From assembly GCF_032444005.1 (NCBI RefSeq), contig NC_091284.1, positions 433,814,001 to 433,878,000 on the forward strand: a DNA stretch of 64,000 nucleotides. Direction: 5' to 3'. The first letter of the stretch is position 1, and every line of letters begins with the position of its first letter. This DNA comes from Ranitomeya imitator. Lineage: Eukaryota. Below the pieces are notes generated by a model, which saw nothing but the letters and a program-made list of their open reading frames with translations, did not search any database and was not told where the DNA came from. A program made the translations under genes and the position numbers. This document shows positions 12,187 through 24,851 of this stretch, piece after piece.

Positions 12187-12214
12187 CACCTACCTATATA
12201 GATATTTGTATAGA
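10259..12214 (-). mobile_element. Non-autonomous Helitron carrying minisatellites
   Basis: The minus-strand 3' end has a GCCCAGGCAACGCCGGGC hairpin followed by CTAA|T. The 5' TC end is approximate (12202 or 12214). Internal ~28-bp (10500-11105) and ~16-18-bp (11370-11720) tandem repeats, and (CA)n at 12153-12182. Confidence 0.7.
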
Positions 12215-12596
12215 TATATATAATATACACACACACTATTTGTCATAATCTAATGAAAATGTATGAAATTTTATTGGTGGTCTATCATTTATCAATCATC
12301 TATTTAGCTTACCTTCATAGGCCCGTTTTTAAGCCATAGGGCCCTTGACATATTTTTTTATGTAATATGTTCTCTGTTCTAATGATAATGCTACATATCT
12401 AATAGGTGATATTTGCTTTTTTTATTATTATTATTATTATTACTACACCTACTGCATATTGGGATAGGATCTTGGAGATGGGAGTACCCCTTTTAAGTTC
12501 TAGCTATTAATGGTAGTTCCAATTATGGGGCTTTCAGCAATAGGACATTTACCCACTAAACTGTTGATCAGTTGTTTTGTTGAGACAAAACATTTA

Positions 12597-12947
12597 GGCT
12601 GTGTGCACACGTTGTTTTTTTTCGCGGTTTTTCCCGATAAAAACGCTATAAAACCGCAAAAAAAACAGCATACAATAAGCATCCCATCATTTATAATGAA
12701 TTCCGCATGTTTTGTGCACATGATGCATTTTTTTCCGCAAAAAAAAAACGCATCGCGGTAAAAACCGCAGCATGTTCATTAATTTTGCAGATTTCCCACT
12801 ACAAAATGCATTGGGAAGTGTCCGGCAAAAACCGAGGCAAAAATGCGTCAAAAACGCATGCGGTTTTCTTGCAGATTTCTTGCAGAAAATGTCCGTTTTT
12901 TTTCTCAGGAATTTTCTGTGAGAAATCCTGAACGTGTGCACATAGCC
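12597..12947. mobile_element. PIF/Harbinger-like palindromic MITE
   Basis: GGCTGTGTGCACACG / CGTGTGCACATAGCC with TTA/TTA duplication. Confidence 0.8.
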
Positions 12948-13005
12948 TTACTATTTTTTTAATGTAAAATAAAGTTAATATAAAGTTTTTTTTCTATATT
13001 TTCAG

Positions 13006-13164
13006 GACTGCATTATCTGCATGGAGACACTGACTTCTGCATCTGGCTACAGCGATTCCTCAGCAAGCAAACACATTAAGGATACTGCTGTAGGGAAACT
13101 GAAGAAGTGCGGTCACATTTTCCATCAGCTTTGCATGTTTGAAATGTATAACAGTGGGAACAAG
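13006..13164 (+). CDS. dtx2: DTX2 exon, N-terminal part of RING-H2
   Basis: ttttcag|...|gtaat; 159 nt; DCIICMETLTSASGYSD...KCGHIFHQLCMFEMYNSGNK. Confidence 0.95.
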
Positions 13165-14947
13165 GTAATATATCCAGTTTCAATTGGTCCAATACATGCC
13201 ACAAAGCCCTTGGTTTCTTCTTAGTTTATATGGGTTCTCCAGAATTACAAAGTTTCCTGAATAACCGGTTTAGAGAATACATACATTAGGGTCTTGGTCA
13301 TTTGTTACCACCCCATTCTCATAAATCTAAGCCTTGTGTGTTTGTAGAATGTTAAGTGGTAAAGTTTCATAGATGCCAAAAACAATATTTTCTTTTTCCT
13401 TCCCAAACTACACCTAGTCTTTTAGTTTCATATATAATGCTAATGCTCAGTTCTCACAGCCATCTTGATCTACTTGGATGATGACTAAAGCACAGCAATT
13501 GTTTCTCTATCGCCTTTCATTGGGGGACACAGGAACCATGGGTGTATGCTGCTGCCACTAGGAGGCTGACACTATGCAAATAAAAAAAGTTAGCTCCTCC
13601 TCTGCAGTGTACACCCTACCGACAGGAAGTAGGATATTCAGTTTAGCTTAGTGTCAGTAGGAGGTGGACACGGGTCTTTCATTAGACCCTTATCTACCTC
13701 AATGTACGTCGTTTTCTTTCAGGTTTTCTGGAGGGATACAGGGTGAACAGTCACACCTGTAATCCCACATTATGGACTATGAGTACGGCGTGTACTGCCA
13801 CCCCGTATCCTCATAGAGCCCTCAGCAGAGCCATGATCCTGGCACACAAGCGTGCTCAGAAGTCCGGTCCTGGCTCCGTCCCCCACCCACTCGCCCACCA
13901 GAGCCTGTCGGTTGGAGGAGACGAGGACGTCCACCAGCAAGTTCAGGACGTCTTTTTCGGCATCCGGAATAATGAGGTATATTTCCTTTCCTCAGGTTTT
14001 TTCCGGAAGAAGATATACAGATGAAGAAGGTGAGTATTTAGAAGGTGTCCCATCTATCTCCTTCAGGACCTTTAAGTTAGGGATTCCCTTTAGGGAGGTG
14101 GGGGGCCTTTTCCTAGGGGAAATGCCAGGTTTTTCAGCAGCTCTTTTGCCCTGCTCAGGCCTCCTTAACTAACCCCCAACCCCCCCCCCCCCCTCCAGTC
14201 TCAATGCGGGCTCCGTCGCTATTTGAGGGGCTACCTTTTTCAGTGGTACAGGCGAGTTGTTCGCCACCGCCATGGCTTATTCGCCTCCTTCTCCCCTCAA
14301 TCTGGCGGTCGCCGGCGTCTAACCTAGGAGGTCTACGCCGGCGCGACTGCCGCCGGTTTTCTAATCTAGGCCCCGGCTTCGGGCCTACTCCGGCGCGACG
14401 GCCGCCGGGTTCCAATTTAGGCCCCGGCCTCTTAGACCTACTTCGGCGCGGCGGTCGCCGGTTTCTAATTTAGGCCCCGGCCTCTCGGGCCTACTCTGGC
14501 GCAGTAACTCCGCCCCCCATTTGCTCTCCTTCGGGCGGGCTTTCTCCCGCCCGTATCTTCTTCCTGCAGGGCGTCTAGCTCCGCCCCCCATAGCAGTGCC
14601 CGCAACTGGCGCCATATTGGTTTCCCTGGTGTGTGCGCTTGTCTCCGCCCACTTCTTCCCAGCCACCGCTCTACAGCCGGCGCCATCTTCCTGCCCCAGG
14701 CTTACGCTGTCGGCTCCATCTCCTCTTCCGTTTTTAATAGCGGGCCTTTTGCTCTCTCTTTCCTGGTGCAGCATCCAGCCCATCTTATGGTCCCTCAGGC
14801 GTCGCCAGGGATCGTCGCATCCAGCGGTGCATCTGTCCGCAGGACCTGTTCCTCTACAGCCTGGAAGCTACAGGACATCTGCTGTGAGTATCCCTACACA
14901 GCAGACTGACACTTCCCTCTGCCTCCGTCCCCTAACCCTCGGGCGCT

Positions 14948-16130
14948 ATGTCTAATTCTAAGGCAGAACTCTCCCGTCCTCCTGCCTTTTCTGCTATTTT
15001 GGTCCATCACATTGTATGTTCGCCCTACATTTGCAGATTTCCCTCCCTCTGTCAGGACTGCGACGGCTCCGCGGTGCCTACCGCCCTGGACACCCCTGCT
15101 GTCCGAGAGAGTGAGTCCCCTATCCCAGCGTGCGTCTCCTCTCTGTCCCAATCCCTGCGATCTCACCCAAGTGTCTCAGACCCTAGTGTCTGCGCCGGAT
15201 AGGTTGCCATGACATCACATCTTCTGCTGTGGCTAGCGGATCACAGGAGGCTCTGTCCGAGTCTACTAAGATTGGCCGCAAAGGATCTAGACAGGAACGC
15301 GAAGCGTTCTCGGATGCACCTTCGGAAGATGTGTTGAAGCTGGATTCTAACCAAATCGCTAGCAGGGATATGGTTCAGAACCTCATTGCTGCAGTTAACC
15401 AAGCCTGTAGCATCAAAGATTCCGCTATGGAACCCGCAGATCAGGCGGTTTCGTTTAGACGGTCCAAACCACCTTCCAAAGTTTCTGAGTTTGAGGAGCT
15501 GGTGGCCAGAGAAAGAGAGAATCCGGCCAGACGCTTTCAAAGAGGACAGCGCCTCGGCGTGTTATATCCTTTTCCCCAGAGCACCGCTAACTGGACAGTT
15601 TCTCCTCCGTGGGCCCGCCAGTCTCCAGACTACACAGTCCGGCCCCCCTTTCCTGGTGCAGCACGTTCAAAGGAATCTAATGGTAGACATTTAGAATCCT
15701 TGGCGAGGTCAGCCTTCAAAGCGGCTGCGTCCACTCTTCGCCTGGCCTTTGCCTCCTCATGGGTTTCAAAGTCTGTGGCCAAATGAGCAAAGCAACTCCG
15801 TCAAGGCACTCTGACTGGGCCTAACCAGATCAGCTAGTGGGGCTTGCCAACCGGTTTTCTCATGTGATCGAGTATTTGGTCTCTGCTTCCCTGGATGCCG
15901 CGTCTCGTGCAGCTCAGACATCCAGCAATGTCGTGGCCATCCGCCTGACAGTTTGGCTTAAGGCCTGGCAAGCGGATCTGTGTTCTATGAAGGCACTTAC
16001 CACCTTGCCCTTTCAGAGATCACGTCTTTTGGTCCCAGACCTCTTCCTCTACAGCAGAGGTCGCAAGCGCGCCAGGATAGGAAGAAGTTTTCCTTTAGGT
16101 CCACTTCTTCCTGGCTCTCCGGCTATTCCC
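14948..16130 (+). pseudogene. DIRS gag-like ORF1, frameshifted
   Basis: Fragments 14948-15202, 15229-15786 and 15837-16412 (e.g. SAFKAAASTLRLAFASSWVSK, LKAWQADLCS) in the expected position. Confidence 0.6.
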
Positions 16131-16179
16131 AAGGAAGATCCACCAGGTCTACACCTGGAAGATGTACCTCGGCATGATT

Positions 16180-17850
16180 CTCCCTGGAATCCCGGCGCAT
16201 CTCCCAAGCTAGGAGGTTGCCTTCCTCTCTTCAAAGACGTTTGGCTTATGGCGATGGAGGATGCATGGGTCAGGGAAGCGATTTTCTCAGGATACAAAAT
16301 TAATTTCGCTTCTCAGCCCTGGGATCGTTTCTTTGAATCTCGCCCTCCAAAGACCCGACCTTGTTTTCGGGTTTCTTTGCAGCCATCGCCTCTCTCCTCA
16401 GCGCGGAGGTAATCGTTCCCGTTTCCAGAAAGAGAAGGATTCACAGGCTTCTACTCGAACCAATCCCGGTTCTTAAGTTACTAAATAAAAGGGTCCATCT
16501 GCGAACTTCGGAATGGAATCCCTTCGTTCAGTAATCACTTCCATTTCGGCATAGGAGCTTCTGTACTCCATAGACGGTCTGGACGCCTAATTTCATGTCC
16601 CTATATCCCCAGGACATCACAGATTCCTGCACTTTGCAGTACATCAGGAGCATTCCCAATTGGTCGCCCTGCTTTACGGTCTCGCAACCGCTCCCAGGGT
16701 TTTCACAAAGATCGTGGCGGCGCTGATAGGCATCTTGAGAGTCAGGGGAATGGTACTTTTCCGTGACTCAACGACATCCTCATCAAGGCTCCGTCCTTTT
16801 CTCAGGTTCATGAGAGCCCGTCCATTGTCCTCCACACTCTAGCCCATTTCAGGTGGCTTGTCAACAGGAAGAAATCCTGTCTTGTTCCCTACCAGCACCT
16901 TGTCTTTCTGGGCATGCTCTTTGACACTTGTCAGACCAAAGTCTTCCTCCCCGAAGATAAGAGATCCATCCCTCGTTGGGACGTACGCTGGCTCCAGGTC
17001 CTCTGCTCTCCTTTCGATCGGCCATGAAGGTTCTGGAGAGCATGGCGGCAACATTGGTAGCGATTTCCTTCGCCCAATTTCACTCTCTACCTCTTCAGCA
17101 GGCCATTCCGTCTCACTGGGACAGGTCTGTCTTCTATCTGGATCGTCCGATCCTACTCTCTTACCAGGTCAAGCGGTCCCTCATCTGGTGGCTGACATTA
17201 CCTCTCATCCCCCAGGGCAGGTCTTTCCTTCCAATTCTCTGGCGGGTGGTGATGATGGACGCCAGCCTACTCGGCTGGAGCGCGGTGTTTCGCCACCTGT
17301 CTGTTCAGGGTCATTGGTTGGCGTAGGAGTCTTCTCTACCGATCAACGTCCTCGAGTTTCGGGCCATCCTCCCTCCCTTCGTCTCTGGGAAAGGATTCTC
17401 AGTGGTCTTCCTATCCGAATCCAGCGGACAATGCCACGGCGGTGGCATATGTCAACCTTCTAGGGGGGACTCGGAGCTCCTTGGCCGAGGTATCCAAGAT
17501 CCTACTCTGGGCAGAGGCAATGGTTCCGGTGATATCCGCGGTGCATATTCCCGGCGTGGACAATTGTGCCGCCGGCTTCCTCAGCCACGAGGGTCTCGCG
17601 GCAGGGGAATGGCCCTGGCATCTGTAGATTTTCCATCAGATTAGTCTTCGATGGGGGACAGGTACAGGAATGTTCCTCTGTTCATCTCCAGGTCTCGCGA
17701 CCCCCCTCGCAGGTGGCGTCGGCGCTCTGGCCATTCCTTGGTTGCAGTCCGTGCTGCCCTATCTATTCCCACTCCTGCCCTTACTTCCCAAGCTGTTGGT
17801 AAAGTTCAAAGCGGAAGGGGTGCCGGTTTTCTGATTGCCCGGACTGGCCC
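16180..17850 (+). pseudogene. DIRS RT-RNase H (+ methyltransferase-like) ORF, frameshifted
   Basis: LGGCLPLFKDVW...DAWVREAIFSGYKINF; ALLYGLATAPRVFTK; MDASLLGW; HIPGVDNCAAGFLS; VPLFISRSRDP. Confidence 0.85.
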
Positions 17851-17959
17851 AGGAGAGCTTGGCTTGCGGAGACCGTCAATCTCCTCGCGGACGCTTCTTG
17901 GCGCCTTCCGGACAGGCCCGACCTGCTGTCTCAGGGTACGATTTGCCACCCGAATTCTC

Positions 17960-18950
17960 GGTCGCTCAGTTTAACGGCGTGGCTGTTCATACCGCAGTTC
18001 TAAGAACGTCCGGCCTTTCGGACCGGGTGATTCACACCATGATCCAGGCTAGGAAGCCTTTGCCTTCCAGGATTTATTTTCGTACCTGGAAGGCTTATTT
18101 CCGTTGGTGCGAGTCCAACTGCATTTTACATAGGTCCCTTTCCTTGCCTTCCATTTTGGTTTTCCTTCGGGCAGGTCTGGACTCGGGCCTTGCGTTTAGT
18201 TCTCTGAAGGGCCAGGTTTCTGCGCTCTCCATCCTTTTTCAGAAGACTGTATCTTCTCGGCCACAGGTTAAGACCTCCCTTCAAGGAGTGGCCCATGCTG
18301 TCCCTCCGTTCAGGGCCCTGTGGATTCATGGGATATAAATCTGGTACTGGACGTTCTGAGGGTTTCCCCTTTGAGCCTCTCGCGGAGGTTCCCCTGTCTC
18401 TCTTCTATTTTGGAAGGTGGCCTTTCTTGTGGCCATCATCCGCCGCGTTTCCGAGTTGGCGGCCCTCTCTCGCCGACCTCCTTCCTTGGTCATCCGCCAG
18501 GACAAGGTGGTCCTCAGGTCTCTGCCTTCCTTCCTTACTAGGGTGGTTTCCACCTTCCACCTCAACGAGAGCATCGTTCTACTTTCCCTTTGCCCAGCTC
18601 CGACTCATCCTCTGGAGCGATCGTTGACCAAGCTGGACCTCGTTAGGGCAGTGAGGATCTACCTGGATAGAACGTCCGCTTTCCAGAAGACGGATTCTCT
18701 TTTCGTCATTCCTGATGGCACGCGCAGAGGCCTGCCGGTTTCCAAGGTGACTATTGCTCGCTGGTTCAGAACGGCAATTTGTAGGCCTACCAGGTCAAGT
18801 ACAGAGTGCCCCCTCTGGGGATAAAGTCTCACCCGACCTGGGCAGTCTGTGACTCCTGGGTGGTGCACCACAGGGCTTCCGCCCTACGGCTCTGCAAAGC
18901 GGCAACCTGGTCTTCCATCCACACGTTCGCCTACACTTTGGCGGTTGCCA
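17960..18950 (+). pseudogene. DIRS tyrosine recombinase, frameshifted
   Basis: TWKAYFRWC, LKGQVSALS, AFLVAIIRRVSELAALS and LDLVRAVRIYLDRT. The HxxR motif reads HPTW (degenerate). Confidence 0.85.
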
Positions 18951-19043
18951 GCCAAGGCAGAAGGATCCTGCAGGCGGCAGTGTTGAGTCTTTTGACCTGA
19001 TGGAAGGCTGTTTTTTCCCACCCCAGGGACTGCTTTGGGACGT

Positions 19044-19145
19044 CCCATGGTTCCTGTGTCCCCCAATGAAAGGCGATAGAGAAAACAGGATTTTTGGTTG
19101 CTTACCGTAAAATCTGTTTCTCGGAGCCTTCATTGGGGGACACAG
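19044..19145 (+). repeat. DIRS internal complementary region (ICR)
   Basis: Reverse complement of the left terminus (13502-13540) joined directly to the reverse complement of the right terminus (~19455-19514). Confidence 0.92.
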
Positions 19146-20452
19146 CACCCTCCCAAGTTGAACAGCTCTGTTTATTGTGTTATACTGTTTACGTTTGAGT
19201 TTCTTGGAACACTCTGAGTGTTTGAAACTGTTAAACTGTGAAGCGCTGCGGAATTTGTTAGCGCGCTATAAATAAAGATTATTTTAATTATATTATTATT
19301 ATTTATTTTACATGTTGCTTCTCCTACTGCTTTCTCACTAACTGAATATCCTACTTCCTGTCGGTAGGGTGTACACTGCAGAGGAGGAGCTAACTTTTTT
19401 TATTTGCATAGTGTCAGCCTCCTAGTGGCAGCAGCATACACCCATGGTTCCTGTGTCCCCCAATGAAGGCTCCGAGAAACAGATTTTACGGTAAGCAACC
19501 AAAAATCCTGTTTTTCTCTGTGGTAAGTACAGTGTGAATAAATCTACTTGGCATCCTCTATCAGCTGCAGCGTATCAATGGCTAGGTTTTCTGAATAATG
19601 GCAGGATAGTAATGTTGTCATTCACTGATGCCAGTTGGGCTCAAAATGTAAATGTTCAAAATCTTAGACCTTCACATACTTCATGGCTGTTTTTATAGTC
19701 TATTTGTAGTCTCTAGAAATCATTTGTTGCCTACAGTACTGTGCAAAAGTTTTAGGCAGGTGTGGGGGGAAAAAAATGCTGCAGCGTAAGAATGTTTTTT
19801 TTTTTTGTTTTTTTTTTAAATGTTAAAGGGTTGTCCACTAATGGATAACCCCAGTTTAATCAAATCAGGACCCCATTTTAACCCCTTTCTGACATCGGAC
19901 GTACTATCCCGTCGAGGTGGGGTGGGCCCCCATGACCACGGACGGGATAGTACGTCCAGCGCGATCGGCGGCGCTCTCGGGGGGAGCGCCGCCAATCGCG
20001 GCCGGGTGTCAGCTGTTTATCGCAGCTGACATCCGGCACTATGTGCCAGGAGCGGTCACGGACCGCTCCCGGCACATTAACCCCTGGCACACCGCGATCA
20101 AAGATGATGGCGATGTGCCGGCGGTATTGGGAAGCTTCCCGCAGGGAGGGGGCTCCCTGCGGGCTTCCCTGAGCCCCCCGCAGCACCGCGATGTGATCGC
20201 GTTGCTGCGAGGGTCTTACCTCCCTCCCTGCTTGTTCCAGGCCCGGATCCAAGATGGCCGCGGATCCGGGTCCTGCAGGGAGGGAGGTGACTTCACAGAG
20301 CCTGCTCAGAGCAGGCACTGTGAAGCAGCCTGCAGTGCTCTCAGATCGGTGATCTGACAGAGTGCTGTGCAAACTGTCAGATCATCGATCTGTGATATCC
20401 CCCCCCCCCCCCCCCCCCCCCGAGACAATGTAAAAAAGTTAAAAAAAAAAAA

Positions 20453-20584
20453 NNNNNNNNNNNNNNNNNNNNNNNNNNNNNNNNNNNNNNNNNNNNNNNN
20501 NNNNNNNNNNNNNNNNNNNNNNNNNNNNNNNNNNNNNNNNNNNNNNNNNNNNNNNNNNNNNNNNNNNNNNNNNNNNNNNNNNNN
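20453..20584. other. Assembly gap (132 N)
   Basis: N run preceded by poly-C and poly-A tracts. Confidence 1.
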
Positions 20585-21417
20585 AAATATTATTCCCCTA
20601 AATACATTTCTTTATCTAAATTAAAAAAAAACCAATAAAAGTACACATATTTAGTATCGCCGCGTCCGTAACGGCCCGACCTATAAAACTGGCCCACTAG
20701 TTAACCCCTTCAGTAAACACAGTAAGAAAAAAAAAGAGGCAAAAAACAACGCTTTATTATCATACCGAACAAAAAGTGGAATAACACGCGATCAAAAAGA
20801 CCGATATAAATAACCATGATACCGCTGAAAGCGTCATCTTGTCCCGCAAAAAACGAGCCGCCATACAGCATCATCAGCAAGAAAAAAAAGTTAGTCCTGA
20901 GAATAAAGCGATGCCAAAATAATTATTTTTTCTATAAAATAGTTTTTATCGTATAAAAGCGCCAAAACATAAAAAAATGATATATATGAGATGTCGCTGT
21001 AATCGTACTGACCCGAAGAATAAAACAGATTTATCAATTTTACCAAACGTGGAACGGTATAAACGCCTCCCCCAAAAGAAATTCATGAATAGCTGGTTTT
21101 TGGTCATTCTGCCTCACAAAAATCGGAATAAAAAGTAAAAGTAACGTGCCCGAAAATGTTACCAATAAAAATGTCAACTCGTCCCGCAAAAAACAAGACC
21201 TCACATGACTCTGTGAACCAAAATATGGAAAAATTATAGCTCTCAAAATGTGGTAACGCAAAAAATATTTTTTGCAATAAAAAGCGTCTTTCAGTGTGTG
21301 ACGGCTGCCAATCATAAAAATCCGCTAAAAAACCCGCTATAAAAGTAAATCAAACCCCCCTTCATCACCCCCTTAGTTAGGGAAAAATTAAAAAAATGTA
21401 TTTATTTCCATTTTTCC

Positions 21418-21640
21418 GTTAGGGCTAGGGTTAGGGTTTGGGCTAGGGTTAGGGTTAGGGCTAGGGCTAGGGTTAGGGCTAGGGTTAAGGCTACAGTTAG
21501 GGTTGGGGCTAAAGTTACGGTTAGGGTTTAGATTACATTTACAGTTGGGGTTAGGGGTGTGTCAGGGTTAGAGGTGTGGTTAGGGTTACTGTTGGGATTA
21601 GGGTTAGGGGTGTGTTTGGATTAGGGTTTCAGTTATAATT
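21418..21640 (+). repeat. Degenerate telomere-like (TTAGGG/CTAGGG)n array
   Basis: Mixed TTAGGG, CTAGGG and TTTGGG hexamers that decay to the right. Confidence 0.85.
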
Positions 21641-21641
21641 G

Positions 21642-22980
21642 GGGGGTTTCCACTGTTTAGGCACATCAGGGGCTCTCCAAACGCGACATGGCGTCCGATC
21701 TCAATTCCAGCCAATTCTGCATTGAAAAAGTACTCAGGACAAATAGGACAACAACTTTTGGGGTCCAATTTCTCCTGTTACCCTTGGGAAAATACAAAAC
21801 TGGGGGCTAAAAAATAATTTTTGTGGGAAAAAAAGATTTTTTATTTTCACGGCTCTGCGTTATAAACTGTAGTGAAACACTTGGGGGTTCAAAGTTCTCA
21901 CAACACATCTAGGTAAGTTCTATGGGTGGTCTAGTTTCCAATATGGGGTCACTTGTGGGGGGTTTCTACTGTTTAGGTACATTAGGGGCTCTGCAAACGC
22001 AATGTGACACCTGCAGACCATTCCATCTAAGTCTGCATTCAAATGGCACTCCTTCCCTTCCGAACCCTCCCATGCGCCCAAACAGTGGTTCCCCCCACAT
22101 ATGGTGTATCATCGCACTCAGGACAAATTGGGCAACAAATTTTGGGGTCCACTTTCTCCTGTTGCCCTCGGGAAAATACAAAACTGGGGGCTAAAAAAAT
22201 AATTTTTGTGGGAAAAATTTTTTGTTTTATTTTTACGGCTCTGCATTATAAACTTCTGTGAAGCACTTGGTGGGTCAAAGTGCTCACCACACCTCTAGAT
22301 AAGTTCCTTAGGGGGTCTACTTTCCAAACTGGTGTCACTTGTGGGGGGTTTCAATGTTTAGGCACATCAGTGGCTCTCCAAACGCAACATGGCGTCCCAT
22401 CTCAATTCCTGTCAATTTTGCATTGAAAAGTCAAACGGCGCTCCTTCCCTTCCGAGCTCTTCCATCCGCCCAAACAGTGGTTTACCCCCACATATGGGGT
22501 ATCAGCGTACTCAGGACAAATTGTACAACAACTTTTGGGGTCAAATTTCTTCTCTTACCCTTGGGAAAATAAAAAATTGGGGGCGGAAAGTTAATTTTTG
22601 TGAAAAAAATATGATTTTTTATTTTTACGGTTCTACATTATAAACTTCTGTGAAGCACTTGGTGGGTCAAAGTGCTCACCACACCTCTAGATAAGTTCCT
22701 TAGGGGGTCTACTTTCCAAAATGGTGTCACTTGTGAGGGGTTTCTACTATTTAGGTACATTAGGGGCTCTGCAAACGCAACATGGCGTCTCATCTCAATT
22801 CCAGTCAATTTTGCATTGAAAAGTCAAATGGCGCTCCTTCGCTTCCGAGCTCTGCCATGCGCCCAAACAGTGGTTTACCCCCACATGTGGGGTATTGTCG
22901 TACTCAGGACAAATTGTACAACAATGTTTGGGGTCTATTTTCTCCTGTTACCCTTGGTAAAATTAAACAAATTGGAGCTG
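21642..22980 (+). repeat. About four tandem 316-393-bp subrepeats inside the piggyBac-like element
   Basis: Unit starts GGGGGTTT(C)..TGTTTAGG(C/T)ACAT at ~21642, 21958, 22343 and 22736. Confidence 0.8.
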
Positions 22981-23809
22981 AATTAAATTTTTTGTGAAAA
23001 AAAGTTAAATGTTCATTTTTTTTTAAACATGCAAAAAATTCCTGTGAAGCACCAGAAGGGTTAATAAACTTCTTAAATATGGTTTTGAGCACCTTGAGGG
23101 GTGCAGTTTTTAGAATGGTGTCACACTTGGGTATTTTCTATCATATAGACCCCTCAAAATGACTTCAAATGAGATGTGGTCCCTAAAAAAAATGGTGTTG
23201 TAGAAATGAGAAATTGCTGGTCAACTTTTAACCCTTATAACTCCCTAACAAAAAAAAATTTGGGTTCCAAAATTGTGCTGATGTAAAGTAGACATGTGGG
23301 AAATGTTACTTATTAAGTATTTTGTGTGACATATCTCTGTGATTTAATTGCATAAAAATTCAAAGTTGGAAAATTGCGAAATTTTCATAATTTTCGCCAA
23401 ATTTCCGTTTTTTTCACAAATAAACGCAGGTACTATCAAAGAATTTTTACCATTGTCATGAAGTACAATATGTCACGAGAAAACAATGTCAGAATCACTG
23501 GGATCCGTTGAAGCGTTCCAGAGTTACAACCTCACAAAGGGACAGTGGTCAGAATTGTAAAAATTGGCCCGGTCATTAACGTGCAAACCACCCTTGGGGG
23601 TAAAGGGGTTAAAAAAAAAAAAAAAAAGTGTGCTGCCCTCCTGCATGAGCGCCATTCCAGCAATGTTGACGCCTCTTTCCATAGTGACGTACTTTGTTGT
23701 CATGTGAATGCTGCAGCCAATGAGTGGCCACTTGTCAGCAGCAGCTGTTACGATTTTATCTGACCAAACTTCTGTTCTGACCCAATATTGTTGAGGGCAA
23801 CGCAAGAGT

Positions 23810-24440
23810 GGCCTGAAAAACAACCTCATGGCATTATTCCACTTAACTTTACATTTGTTCACAATGCATTCAGGCGGGTAACATTCTCTTGGAAGCCGCC
23901 AAACCCAGACCAGTCCATCCATCAGACTGCCATAGAAGTTTGATTCTTCACTCCATAAATCACGATTCCATTGCTCCAATGGTGGTGTGCTTTACAATTC
24001 TACATCCGAAACTTTGGCATTGTGCTTGGTGATATAAGGTTTGCACGCAGCTGCTCAGCCATAGAAGCCTATGCCTTGAAGCTCTCACCTTGTTCTTAAT
24101 GTCATAGGAAGTTTGGAGTTCTGTACTTATTGTGTCAGCAAAGCATTGGCGGCTTTTATGCTCCATGTGCCTCATTAGTCATCGACTTTGCTCTGTAACT
24201 TTTAAGTTGTCTGGCACTTCATGGCTGGGTTGCTGCTCCTAAATGGTTTCAATTTCCAACAACCGCACTCAGTTGATCGTGGAATGTTTTAGGGGGAAAG
24301 AAATTTCACATAATGACTGACTTGTGGCATTCTATTACAGGACCATGGTAGATTGAGCTCTTTAGTACGAACCATTCTTTCACAAACGTTGGTAAAAGGC
24401 AGATAGTACCACTAGGGCCTGGATTTTATACACCTGTTGT
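23810..24440 (-). pseudogene. Decayed Tc1 transposase fragment
   Basis: EQWNRDLWSEESNF...DGLVWVWRLPRECYPPECIV resembles Tc1 W..VLWSDES.F...WR..GE...PEC. Confidence 0.7.
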
Positions 24441-24851
24441 AATGGGATTGTATGAAAAACCACAATTCAGTAGAGATGAGCAAATTGATTTCTGGACTCT
24501 AATCAAGCGGCCATGCCTGGGATCCATGATGTTGCGCTAGGCCTACTAATTAGAATAGGATTCTGAAGGTATGAAGGGGTTTGCATGGCTCCCATCCGGA
24601 GACCATGACCCTGTCAATCAATTCGCTTATGTATAAAATTCAGTGATTAAAAGCTGTGTTCAAATACTCTTTCCCATATATTCTATATCGTCACACTTTT
24701 ATCCATTTTGACGGATGACAGCCAATGGTGCCCCACTCATCACTGCATGCTTGCAATGAGAAACGTGTGCATTCCTTATTATATAGTATTTGCCTTGCAG
24801 ACTGTGCTTTGTTCTAAGTAGACACTTTCTCCTCTAATTTTTATTTCACAG

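Larger units (their letters stand above)
13502..19514 (+). mobile_element. DIRS1-type tyrosine-recombinase retrotransposon, full-length, coding regions decayed
   Basis: ITRs 13512-13643 and 19340-19470, a right-end extension to 19514 and an internal complementary region 19044-19145. Gag-like, RT/RNase H, methyltransferase-like and YR remnants occur in order. Confidence 0.93.
19882..23608. mobile_element. Large non-autonomous TTAA/piggyBac-like element (spans assembly gap)
   Basis: TTAA|CCCCTTT at 19878-19888 and AAAGGGG|TTAA at 23602-23612. Contains a telomere-like array and 316-393-bp subrepeats. Continuity across the gap is not proven. Confidence 0.65.

Noticed and set aside
21418-21640. 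True chromosome end or fusion scar
   Set aside because: Short, degenerate, single orientation and embedded in transposon sequence within a gene intron.
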